The notes below the pieces were generated by a model. That model did not search any database. It was not told the DNA's origin and saw only the letters and a list, made by a program, of their open reading frames with translations. A stretch of DNA of 64,000 nucleotides from an uncultured Gammaproteobacteria bacterium. GTDB lineage: Bacteria; Pseudomonadota; Gammaproteobacteria; SZUA-229. The stretch covers positions 1,332-65,331 of the forward strand of contig CBFCZV010000012.1 of NCBI GenBank assembly GCA_965602855.1. The letters run 5' to 3'. This document shows, in pieces, positions 1 through 8,888 of this stretch (positions are counted from its first letter, which is position 1; every line of letters begins with the position of its first letter). The position numbers and the translations under genes are program-made.

Positions 1-91
1 CCCGGATGTAGTGCAACGAAATCCGGGGAGTGGCCTGAAAATATCGTGGTGAAGTTTTCTGGATTATGCAGGGTTTATCTGAGCAGATTTG

Positions 92-847
92 CTACCTTTG
101 ACTTTTAAGAATACCTATTTCTTCGCTTAGATTATTCAAATCATTTTTATCTCGTAAGTAATTATATTTTTTAAAAGTCTTGATTATAGTTTTCTTAGCC
201 ATTTCAACCCTATGTTTATCCATATCTTCATAAGAGTTTATGTATTCACTACAATATTCAGACATTAGATCCATCATTTGTTTATGTGTATGCGCTATGA
301 TATTTTTTAGATCTATTATTTTTACATTAATATCAGCATCACTCATACTTTTCATATTTTCGATTGCATCAGCAATATCTTGTGTCAATATGTGTATATA
401 CACCATCTTTGATGCTGTAGATTCAGGCACAAAATGTTCCATATTGTAATAATCTTCAGCACACTTCTTAAAAACATACAGATCATATGAACTAAACTTT
501 GTATTACTAATTTTGCCCCTAACTTGGGCAGGACTTCCTTTTAATTTTTCTTCTAGATGTGGCTTTATTCTTCCAAACCATCTAAATAAAATTTCGTCAC
601 CTAATAATGCGATATAAAGCTTCTTCTTCCTTTTGATTTTTTCATTATATCTTTTTTTCTTAATTCTTAACGTGAGGCAATGTCCAAACATAACTGCAAT
701 TATTGTTGTGACCATCCCGACAATATAAGCAACAATATTATCTGAAATAAAAAAATCACTACCATTGCCAGCACATGACTCATTATGAATTTTACATAAT
801 ATGTTTTTTATCTTTTCTACATCTTCTATGAGATAATTATCACCCAT
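92..847 (-). CDS. hypothetical membrane protein with one N-proximal TM helix followed by a K/R-rich stretch; last gene of the AT-rich islet
   Basis: Intact 251-aa ORF. Hydrophobic segment IVAYIVGMVTTIIAVMFGHCL is followed by RIKKKRYNEKIKRKKK. Extremely AT-rich codon usage, like the neighbouring island genes. No motif I can name. Confidence 0.45.
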   Translation of the reverse strand: MGDNYLIEDVEKIKNILCKIHNESCAGNGSDFFISDNIVAYIVGMVTTIIAVMFGHCLTLRIKKKRYNEKIKRKKKLYIALLGDEILFRWFGRIKPHLEEKLKGSPAQVRGKISNTKFSSYDLYVFKKCAEDYYNMEHFVPESTASKMVYIHILTQDIADAIENMKSMSDADINVKIIDLKNIIAHTHKQMMDLMSEYCSEYINSYEDMDKHRVEMAKKTIIKTFKKYNYLRDKNDLNNLSEEIGILKSQR

Positions 848-1023
848 TGTACTGCCCTATTTAACCTGTTCATCTCGTGCATTATTTATTTGAAAATAAT
901 ACAAATAATGATTAGTGATTTCTTTCTAATTAATCTTTATCATTTAATTGTTCTATCAAAGCTAGTAGACATGCAGCGCAATGAATTGCGACCTACGAAC
1001 TGACCCATGGTCTATACGCTATC

Positions 1024-1950
1024 TTACATCTCAAAAAATATCTTTCGATAGTCATCATCATGTAGATTATGCTTAGCAATGTGGTAATTCGATACTGCAA
1101 CAGACTCAGAAAATAATTTAAAAGGTAGTTCATCAATACATATTTCAGCTATAACTGCTGCAAAATCCTTTTCATAACAATCTTGTAGTATTTTCAAGTT
1201 TGTCGATGGGAAGCTATTTTTAAATTCTTTATTAAATGGAGGAGAGAAATATCGAATAAGTGATGCTTCATATAACGCTATTCTCTCTTGCTCGGTAGTC
1301 CCATATAATTTATCAAGCCCTGACCTAATACGAGATGAATCTTCATCTTTATTTTTTGCATGTGGATTAAATACAGTAAGCATTCGATTAAACGGCTGCA
1401 CTTCAAGCAAAAGAAGCGTAAGTCTATATCCTTCAGGAATACCTTTTAGGGCAATTTTTTGCAATGTTTCATGCTTTAAGAGACGGTCAATAGCATTTCT
1501 TGATCCATCTTTACCATATGCTTGACCGATATATTGGACGTCAAGATTTACTACATTTGATTCATGACATAGGCGCGTTTGAATTTGTTGTTCATCAGGA
1601 AAGAACCTTTCGCCTTGCTCATTGCTTAAATAGGCAAATTCATCATCCTGATTTAACTTTAGCCCATCAGGCATATCTGACTCTAGGATATATTTATTAT
1701 CAAGTATGGAAAATATTAAGGATAGTTTGTTTGAATTTTGTTCGGCACCAGTAAAATCTATTTTAGGTAGAAGCCCAATAATATAGATATGACAAGTATC
1801 AATAACACTCATCAAAGGGGCTAAGACTTCCTTGTCGTATATCCCTTCCGCTGGAATTGTGCAAAAACTAGTAGCATACATGTCAAGTGCATGCTCCACA
1901 TCGAACAAGGCATTACCAAATAATTCGTGTTTTTTTGATTTGTCTCCCAA
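1024..1950 (-). CDS. hypothetical protein encoded in the AT-rich defence-like islet
   Basis: Intact 308-aa ORF on the same strand, 54 bp downstream of the SbcC-like ATPase gene. AT-rich. No recognisable catalytic motif from sequence alone. Confidence 0.45.
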   Translation of the reverse strand: MGDKSKKHELFGNALFDVEHALDMYATSFCTIPAEGIYDKEVLAPLMSVIDTCHIYIIGLLPKIDFTGAEQNSNKLSLIFSILDNKYILESDMPDGLKLNQDDEFAYLSNEQGERFFPDEQQIQTRLCHESNVVNLDVQYIGQAYGKDGSRNAIDRLLKHETLQKIALKGIPEGYRLTLLLLEVQPFNRMLTVFNPHAKNKDEDSSRIRSGLDKLYGTTEQERIALYEASLIRYFSPPFNKEFKNSFPSTNLKILQDCYEKDFAAVIAEICIDELPFKLFSESVAVSNYHIAKHNLHDDDYRKIFFEM

Positions 1951-2004
1951 CTCTATTTACCCCCCTTAAGCACGGCAACAACCATTTGTTACATTTATTT
2001 CAGT

Positions 2005-3993
2005 TTATTTTCTTGGCGTAGTATCCCAATCATCTATTAGTCCGATAGGAAGACCATTCACGCCGTTTGATCTATAGTGCGCTATTTCAAATCCTTGGCT
2101 TTCGTAAGCAACATCACGCGGAATATCGTTATCAACCAAAACAATTTGACAGAGCTTATTCTTCTCGTCAAATTCTTCGGCAACACTAATTAATGCCTCG
2201 AATAAGTTTTTGTATTTCTCTGGATCTGCTACTCCATCAATGTCATCGATATCTTCAAGCTGAGGCACCTTAGAATCCTCAGGTGTTTTCCCCAGAAATT
2301 TTCCTACGGTGTCAATCATAAGCAAGCCCGGGATATTGGTTTCCTTGCGTAACTTTTGCGACAGAATAGAAGCCAGATATCCGATAGAAACTATGGTTCT
2401 AAGCCCACCTGAGTTGATTTTCCTGTATTCGACATTTCGCACAAGGGGGAAAAATGTTCTTTCATCAATCCCTATTCCATGCTGATTTTTTATCTTAACC
2501 TGTTGAATGAATTTGTTAAGATCTGTACCAAGGTCAGATATAACATCGTCCAATGATGGTGAATTATCTTTAAGCTCGTCTAAATTAATCTTTATTTTTT
2601 CAATAGTACTTTCTAGGCGGCCGATCTGATCGGCAATACCACCTTGTTTGTTTCTGACTCGTAACGAATGAACTGTTTTTTCTCTGCGTTCATCAAGTTG
2701 CGCCGACTCTTTAATTATGGCATCCCGTTCAGCTAAGTAGGGCGATATCGAGCTTTCAAGTTCTTCATCCATGATCTCCCTAGCCTTGATTTTTTCAGCA
2801 TACAATTCGGTGAGGTATGAGTTTGCTATTTCTAAATCAGCTCTATTGTCAGATATCAACTGCTTAAGATCTTTTGTTCTTCTGGAAATCGAGGTTAACT
2901 CCCCTTTTAAACGAGTATCACTCGGAATATCAAATTTTCCAGATACATCACCGATGTCGATTAACGTTTCACATATTGGACAATTCGTTTTTTCTTGTAT
3001 GTCCCTGCCGATAATTTCTTTAGATGAAAGACTGGCTTTAATTTTATTAATGTCATTCTGATAGTCATTGTGAAGCCGAGTAAATCTTTCAATATTTCTT
3101 AGGGCGGTATTTTTTGCTTCTTCCTGGTGTTCAATGTTCAAGTTGATAGTATTTAGCGCATCTTTAAGTCCATCGTATAGTTCGCTATCACTCGTCATTC
3201 GACCATTCAAGTCAGAGAGTCGGCTTTGAACCTCAACTTTCATGCTATCAATATTGCTTATTTCCTCATCTAAATCCTTAGAGTTCTTAAATTCTGTCTG
3301 AGTCAGGAAGTTAGTTACTGCCGTATATTGATTAGTTAGCTGCGTCTTTTCTTGAGTTTTCCTGACTATGTCTACTTCCAGCTCAGAAATGTTAGAATCT
3401 AGCACACTGAAAATGTACTTTAAAACCTCTCTATTTTTAGTTTCCAATACAGCGTTGCCAATATTCATCATGTGTGCACTTCCTACATCATCCTGATCCA
3501 AGTACATGAACTTGAATAAATCGAGGAAGCTTAACCTACCTGTTTTTGATGAATCTTTTGTTGGTGCCTGTTTTAATCGAACCGTAGGAAACCCAAGTGC
3601 TTCAAGTAGAAAGTCGGACAGACTTTTGTTTTGATCGTCCCCTTTGGGAACGCTTGACTTGTATTTCTCCGGGAATGAATTGGACATTTCCGAATATTCA
3701 CAAGAATAGACATCTATATCTCTTGATGAATTAAATATATCCCGACTTATACAGTAGGTGAAACCATTAATGCTTATTTCAAGAATGGCATATTTTACAG
3801 ATGAAGCTATCTCTTCATCTAGCTTGATCTGCTTCCCACCAAGAAGGTAATAAACCAGTCTTAAAATACTAGACTTTCCAGTATCGGCATCACCATAGAT
3901 GATGTTGATTCCGGGATAAAAAGGAACTTGGTAGTCCTTCCGATGCCCATGGAGGATTAAGTTTTTTAGAAGCAAGCCTTGAGAAAGATCCAT
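2005..3993 (-). CDS. SMC/SbcC/Rad50-like ABC ATPase with long coiled-coil insert and central CPxC zinc-hook motif (LmuB / ABC-3C ATPase-like)
   Basis: N-terminal Walker A GDADTGKSS. About 300 aa of heptad-like, charged, low-complexity coiled-coil sequence follows. KTNCPICE (CPxC) sits mid-coil, as the Rad50/SbcC hook does. The C-terminal region has an ABC-signature-like NSGGLRT and a Walker-B-like LLMIDT. The start codon overlaps the stop of the upstream small gene (TAATG at 3991-3995). Confidence 0.75.
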   Translation of the reverse strand: MDLSQGLLLKNLILHGHRKDYQVPFYPGINIIYGDADTGKSSILRLVYYLLGGKQIKLDEEIASSVKYAILEISINGFTYCISRDIFNSSRDIDVYSCEYSEMSNSFPEKYKSSVPKGDDQNKSLSDFLLEALGFPTVRLKQAPTKDSSKTGRLSFLDLFKFMYLDQDDVGSAHMMNIGNAVLETKNREVLKYIFSVLDSNISELEVDIVRKTQEKTQLTNQYTAVTNFLTQTEFKNSKDLDEEISNIDSMKVEVQSRLSDLNGRMTSDSELYDGLKDALNTINLNIEHQEEAKNTALRNIERFTRLHNDYQNDINKIKASLSSKEIIGRDIQEKTNCPICETLIDIGDVSGKFDIPSDTRLKGELTSISRRTKDLKQLISDNRADLEIANSYLTELYAEKIKAREIMDEELESSISPYLAERDAIIKESAQLDERREKTVHSLRVRNKQGGIADQIGRLESTIEKIKINLDELKDNSPSLDDVISDLGTDLNKFIQQVKIKNQHGIGIDERTFFPLVRNVEYRKINSGGLRTIVSIGYLASILSQKLRKETNIPGLLMIDTVGKFLGKTPEDSKVPQLEDIDDIDGVADPEKYKNLFEALISVAEEFDEKNKLCQIVLVDNDIPRDVAYESQGFEIAHYRSNGVNGLPIGLIDDWDTTPRK

Positions 3994-4508
3994 TATACCC
4001 CCTGTTTTAAAGCAATATTTAAAAACCCATTTAACTTGGATGGGCTCTGTGATTGCAGTGAAGAAAGCTGCTTAAGAAACTGCCTTATCTTTCGAAAATA
4101 CCCTTCCTGCATTTGCTTCGCCTTAGACTTTCCTGCTTCGCTTAGGTCAAAAAGAAAGCCTGCAGAGTCAGCGTATTCCACTGAAAGATATTTTTTGGCA
4201 GAAAGTATTTTAATCATTATCAGAAGTCGCTCTCTATCAAAAAGCTCATCGACATTCACTGATAATGTATCAACTGTGTAGTAGTCGGTTTCCTCTATAT
4301 CAATTTGGCTTTTATCTGCAAGGCTTAAAACCCTATTCAGGAATGCAGGTCTTGTTACAAGAAAGTAAAATGTCTGAATCTTATCAATGGTTAATACTTT
4401 TTTGTGGCGTTTTGTTTTCGCTAGATTATCTAGTATTAGCAGTAAGACACCAAGGTTATAGTGAATCTCTCGCTCTGGCTGGATGTACGGTAATTTAATC
4501 ACTATCAT
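3993..4508 (-). CDS. small predicted all-helical protein (candidate middle component / LmuC-like), translationally coupled on both sides
   Basis: 171-aa ORF. Its 3' stop overlaps the ATPase start (TAATG). Its 5' end overlaps the 3' end of the hydrolase gene by 14 nt (4495..4508). No enzymatic motif. Size and position fit the middle component of three-gene ABC-3C/Lamassu cassettes. Confidence 0.5.
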   Translation of the reverse strand: MIVIKLPYIQPEREIHYNLGVLLLILDNLAKTKRHKKVLTIDKIQTFYFLVTRPAFLNRVLSLADKSQIDIEETDYYTVDTLSVNVDELFDRERLLIMIKILSAKKYLSVEYADSAGFLFDLSEAGKSKAKQMQEGYFRKIRQFLKQLSSLQSQSPSKLNGFLNIALKQGV

Positions 4509-5727
4509 CTTCCTTTAATAGGTTGCGTAATGAATCTTTTGATCCGTCTTTAATCCACCAAATATTTTCATCTTCTGAGTTGGCGAGTTGGTGCAACATT
4601 CCCTGCTTGTGGATAGCATTAATAAAGGGGATAAACGTATTTAAAAAATTTTTATCCTCCTTTAGAATTGTTTCGTGAACATCAGCTAATAGCAGCCCCG
4701 AGTTTGGTATCCCATCATGAACATACTTTGAGTAGCTATTCTGATAGACTTTTCGTATTTTTGAATACAACTCTGACAGGCGTTTTTGATCCGAGGCGCT
4801 GCTGAATATTTTTCTTATATACTCGGCATTAAGAAAAACTTCTTTGGCATCTCGGATTGAGGTCTTGTGAATATCTGCAGAAATTAACTTTAATACAAAC
4901 AATTCGTCATCAAAGTCTGACTCGTCTTCAAGCTGCAGAATTTCTAAATTTGATATTCCTGGATCATTTTTCTCAAAGTCTAAAATTATCTGCCTTATGG
5001 CCATATAAGTTGTGCTGGCAGGGCTTTCAGGCTTCGCAATACTAGTGTGATCTTCGTCCACAGGTATGATGTCTGATTTTTCTTTATCTACAGGTGCGGC
5101 ACTTGTTTTAGGGACGAGCGAATCATGAACTCCATAAAAATATTTTGTAGTTGGTCTTAAGCTAGTCTTTAGCCACTCGTCATTAATTTTGTGTATGAAT
5201 TGGTTTAGTGGAGAAAGATCTTCGATCTGGAGGTTGTCGCTGATCAGCTTTCCAAAAGTTGCAGCTTCAACTCCCTGGTGAGGTACTGCTAAGGAAACAA
5301 AAAGTTTGATTTTTGATGGAATATTTTCTTCTATGTCCTTTGCTATCGCACTTTTGGTTACTAGTCCACCCATGCTGTGGGCAATAATTATTATATTATC
5401 GTAGGCTTGTAGTCTGAATCGAATTTCGGTTCTAAGCAAGTTTCCGATTTCTTCAATACTTATGTTTTTGGTAAGTTTCCCATGAGATGTTCCAAACATT
5501 CGTTTAACAAGTGTCGAAACCTTACCAGCTTTAGCAAACAGGTTTAGTAACTTGGTAAAATACGAGAACTGAACTATGTCATAGTTCTCAGATACTTCTG
5601 AATCTTTAGAAAATAGCTCAGGGAACGAACTTGCTTCCCCATTGCGCCAAGTTAACTCCCCACCACAGAACCCATGGACAAATATAATCAGACTCTTTTT
5701 ATTGTTCTTAGAAATGAATTCAATCAC
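4495..5727 (-). CDS. alpha/beta-hydrolase fold protein (lipase/esterase-like, DUF676/PGAP1-like nucleophile elbow) with extra C-terminal helical domain; candidate effector (LmuA-like)
   Basis: Oxyanion-hole motif IIFVHGFCGG lies near the N-terminus. Nucleophile elbow IIAHSMGG (GxSxG) follows. Asp/His candidates occur further downstream. A ~180-aa C-terminal region has no hydrolase motifs. This is the first gene of the coupled three-gene cassette. Confidence 0.65.
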   Translation of the reverse strand: MIEFISKNNKKSLIIFVHGFCGGELTWRNGEASSFPELFSKDSEVSENYDIVQFSYFTKLLNLFAKAGKVSTLVKRMFGTSHGKLTKNISIEEIGNLLRTEIRFRLQAYDNIIIIAHSMGGLVTKSAIAKDIEENIPSKIKLFVSLAVPHQGVEAATFGKLISDNLQIEDLSPLNQFIHKINDEWLKTSLRPTTKYFYGVHDSLVPKTSAAPVDKEKSDIIPVDEDHTSIAKPESPASTTYMAIRQIILDFEKNDPGISNLEILQLEDESDFDDELFVLKLISADIHKTSIRDAKEVFLNAEYIRKIFSSASDQKRLSELYSKIRKVYQNSYSKYVHDGIPNSGLLLADVHETILKEDKNFLNTFIPFINAIHKQGMLHQLANSEDENIWWIKDGSKDSLRNLLKEDDSD

Positions 5728-5929
5728 GCTTAAACGCCTTATTTCTATATATCACCACTTTTATACCAATGAGCTCAGACTCAATTGATTGTTCGATTAG
5801 GATAATTCTAGATATAACCAACTCCGCACCCTCCCCAATAGCCCTGTGCTTCTCAACGAACAACCATTTTGTCTTCATAACCACAAAAAATGCAAGCACT
5901 TATTCGTTTTTGATCTTTGCTTTAGTTTA

Positions 5930-6260
5930 GCTTCACCCTCCCCTCTGCAACCTGCCTCAGATTTCAGCTTTGGTAGCGACAATTCGCCATGGACGGCGAA
6001 TTGAGGTTGGTTAGCCCGGACGGCTAATCCAACCGACGCGTAGGCAAAGTTGGAAGCTGAGGTGACCCGTAGGGGCAGGTTGTAGGGTGGCGGCATTTTT
6101 TTCGTTAGTCTTTTGTTGCTGTAGACAAAAGAGTAACCCGTGCCAGCAAGCACGGAAAAGTCAGTTATGGATTAGCACAGCAATTCAGTAAACAAAATAA
6201 CCACAACTCGACGCAGGAGCGTCTAAAACTGCATTCCCACGCAGAGCGTGGGAACGATAA
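5930..6260. repeat. hairpin-dense non-coding region between the AT-rich islet and hrpB (REP-like / structured RNA candidate)
   Basis: Several perfect or near-perfect short stem-loops. CAATTCGCC-atggac-GGCGAATTG lies at about 5975-6000. TTAGCC-cggac-GGCTAA lies at about 6010-6030. GACGC-agga-GCGTC lies at 6210-6223. TCCCACGC-aga-GCGTGGGA lies at 6235-6253. The last two are each followed by ...TAAAAC. No convincing ORF: the 92-aa ORF at 5875..6153 is probably spurious. Confidence 0.3.
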
Positions 6261-6290
6261 AACTCTATTACATTCCGCTATAATCCCCCC

Positions 6291-8888
6291 ATGCCAACCC
6301 TCCCAATAAACACCGTCCTCCCAGAAATAAAAACCACCCTAACCACCCACCCCCGTCTGGTCCTCCAGGCACCCCCAGGCGCAGGCAAAACCACCGCCGT
6401 CCCCATTGCCCTGCTCGACCAGCCCTGGCTAAAAAACAAACAGATCATTCTACTCGAACCCCGACGTCTCGCCGCACGTAACGCTGCCGCACGTATGGCC
6501 TATCTGTTAAATGAAAAAGTGGGCGAAACCGTGGGCTTCCAGATTCGTCAGGACAACTGCTTTAGTGACAAAACAAAAATACTGGTGGTCACAGAAGGCA
6601 TTTTAACGCGCAAGTTACAGGCTGATCCGGAGCTTAAAAAAACTGCGCTGGTTATTTTTGATGAATTTCACGAGCGTAGCCTGCACGCTGATTTATCACT
6701 GGCTTTGTGTTTGCAGAGCCAGCAGGTTTTACGCGAGGATTTGAAAATTCTGGTGATGTCGGCGACGCTCAATACCGATGCCGTCTCTACCCTGCTCGAT
6801 AACGCGCCCATTATTCAGAGCGAAGGCCGCAGTTTTCCGGTTGAGGTTAAATATCTCGATAAAGCCATCAACCAGAACAGCAATTTAAGTCCACAGCAGC
6901 AACTACTTTCAGGTTTGACGAATACCGTCAAAAAAGTCATTCATGATCACGACGGCAACTGCCTGGTTTTTCTGCCCGGTGTGAAAGAAATTAATCAGCT
7001 TGCTAATAAGATAAAACAGCACCTTGAAACTGAATCGATCAAAAATATTTTAATTGCTCCACTGCACGGCAGCCTGAATAAACAGCAACAGGATTTGGCT
7101 ATCGCATCACCCAATGATAAAGCCATGCGTAAAATTGTATTAGCCACCAATATCGCAGAAACCAGTATCACCATTGAAGGCATTAGCTGTGTGATTGATT
7201 CGGGTCTGGAGCGCCTGCTGGACTACAGTCCCGCCTCTGGTATGAACCGTTTAATAACACAGTCGATCTCTCAGGATTCAGCCGAGCAACGCGCTGGTCG
7301 CGCCGGAAGATTATCTGCCGGTGTCTGTTACCGTTTATGGACGGCGCAACAACAGCCACGTTTACTCAAACATGCATTGGCTGAAATTTTACACAGCGAC
7401 CTGTCATCACTGGTACTGGAGCTGGCCAACTGGGGCGTGACTCAGGCTGATGAAATGCAGTGGATGGATGCACCGCCAGGCAGTGCCAGCGAGCAGGCAA
7501 AAACATTACTGCAACAACTAAACGCCATTGATGATCAGGGCAAGATAAAATTGCATGGTCGTGACATGCTGAGACTGGGCACGCACCCACGGCTGGCGCA
7601 CATGATGTTATCTGCGATCAAACTGGATCAGGCTTATCACGCCTGCCTCATCGCCAGCCTGCTCACCGAGAAAGATTTATTTCTGGCCAGTGCCGATAAA
7701 AGCGCCGACATTCATGACCGGCTTAATGTTCTTGTGCATGGCCGATCAAATCATCACGGCATAGATAACCAGCAACGCAAACGCATAGTTCAAACCGCTG
7801 ATGATTTTTTTAAGCGGCTTAAACGTTGCAGCAAAGAAAACATAAATAAAGAGACACCAGACAATAATTATAGCGGCGTGCTTCTGGCCTATGCTTACCC
7901 CGATAGAATCGCCAAACAACGCAGCAGCAACGAAGCACGTTATTTACTCAGCAATGGCAAAGGTGCGGTTATTCCACCCTATTTACAACAGCACCTTCAT
8001 GAATACATCGTAGTCGCCAACCTTGATGCCAGACAGGGCGAAGCCTGCATTTATCTGGCCGCCGATATCACTGCCCAGCAGCTACAGGATTATTTTCAGG
8101 ATAACATTGAACAGAAAGAAAATATTGAATGGAATGAAACCCTACAACGCGTCGAAGCAAAACAGACCAGCCGCATTGGTAAAATAGTTCTACAGGAATC
8201 GCTTATTAATGATGGCAAAAAATCCGAGACCAGAGAAGCGGTACAGCAATGCCTGATACAGGCGATCAAAAACACAGGACTGCAATGTTTGAACTGGTCA
8301 GATCAGGCAGAACATCTTAAACAACGGGTGCAATTTATTAATCATCAGATTGATAACGAGCCAACGTTAAAAGATAAATTTAGTGATAGTGACCTGCCAG
8401 ACTTTGCAGATGAGACGCTGATTAATAAGCTCGACGAATGGTTACAACCACACCTGAGCAATGAAAACAGCATTAAACACTGCCAGAAACTGGATTTACA
8501 CAGCCTGCTCATAAGCCAGCTCAGCTGGGACCAGCAACAATTAATCAAACAATTAGCACCTGAAAAAATTAGCGTGCCCAGTGGCTCTGCCGTAACCATT
8601 GATTACACCGATCCCGTCCAGCCCATTCTCGCCGTCCGGCTTCAGGAAGTTTTTGGTTTATATGAAACACCGACCGTTTTAAATGGCCACTGCAAGCTCA
8701 TGATGCATTTGTTATCACCGGCGCGACACCCCATGCAGGTAACGCAGGATTTGAACAGCTTCTGGCAAACCACCTATCATGATGTAAAAAAAGATCTGCG
8801 TGGAAAATACAAAAGACACTACTGGCCGGATGATCCATTTACCGCACAGGCAACCAGTAAAACCAAAAAACAAATGAATCGACAATGA
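6291..8888 (+). CDS. hrpB: ATP-dependent RNA helicase HrpB (DEAH-box)
   Basis: Motif I QAPPGAGKTT near the N-terminus. DEFHERS (DEAH-box variant). SATL motif. HA2/OB and HrpB-specific C-terminal domain give a length of 865 aa. Confidence 0.9.
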   Translation: MPTLPINTVLPEIKTTLTTHPRLVLQAPPGAGKTTAVPIALLDQPWLKNKQIILLEPRRLAARNAAARMAYLLNEKVGETVGFQIRQDNCFSDKTKILVVTEGILTRKLQADPELKKTALVIFDEFHERSLHADLSLALCLQSQQVLREDLKILVMSATLNTDAVSTLLDNAPIIQSEGRSFPVEVKYLDKAINQNSNLSPQQQLLSGLTNTVKKVIHDHDGNCLVFLPGVKEINQLANKIKQHLETESIKNILIAPLHGSLNKQQQDLAIASPNDKAMRKIVLATNIAETSITIEGISCVIDSGLERLLDYSPASGMNRLITQSISQDSAEQRAGRAGRLSAGVCYRLWTAQQQPRLLKHALAEILHSDLSSLVLELANWGVTQADEMQWMDAPPGSASEQAKTLLQQLNAIDDQGKIKLHGRDMLRLGTHPRLAHMMLSAIKLDQAYHACLIASLLTEKDLFLASADKSADIHDRLNVLVHGRSNHHGIDNQQRKRIVQTADDFFKRLKRCSKENINKETPDNNYSGVLLAYAYPDRIAKQRSSNEARYLLSNGKGAVIPPYLQQHLHEYIVVANLDARQGEACIYLAADITAQQLQDYFQDNIEQKENIEWNETLQRVEAKQTSRIGKIVLQESLINDGKKSETREAVQQCLIQAIKNTGLQCLNWSDQAEHLKQRVQFINHQIDNEPTLKDKFSDSDLPDFADETLINKLDEWLQPHLSNENSIKHCQKLDLHSLLISQLSWDQQQLIKQLAPEKISVPSGSAVTIDYTDPVQPILAVRLQEVFGLYETPTVLNGHCKLMMHLLSPARHPMQVTQDLNSFWQTTYHDVKKDLRGKYKRHYWPDDPFTAQATSKTKKQMNRQ

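Noticed and set aside
5875-6153. 92-aa ORF in the hairpin-rich region upstream of hrpB
   Set aside because: It overlaps the cluster of palindromic hairpins, has GC-rich low-complexity translation (RGEGEAK...) and no start context. More likely non-coding.
6205-6260. Possible CRISPR repeat (TCCCACGCAGAGCGTGGGA hairpin with flanking AAAAC)
   Set aside because: Only one or two diverged copies are present, with no regular repeat-spacer periodicity and no cas genes in the window. Treated as REP-like hairpins instead.
1-6290. Searched islet flanks for a tRNA or tmRNA integration site or an integrase
   Set aside because: No cloverleaf-compatible sequence with a GTTCGAATC-type T-loop and no integrase or transposase ORF was seen within the window. 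The left boundary may lie outside.
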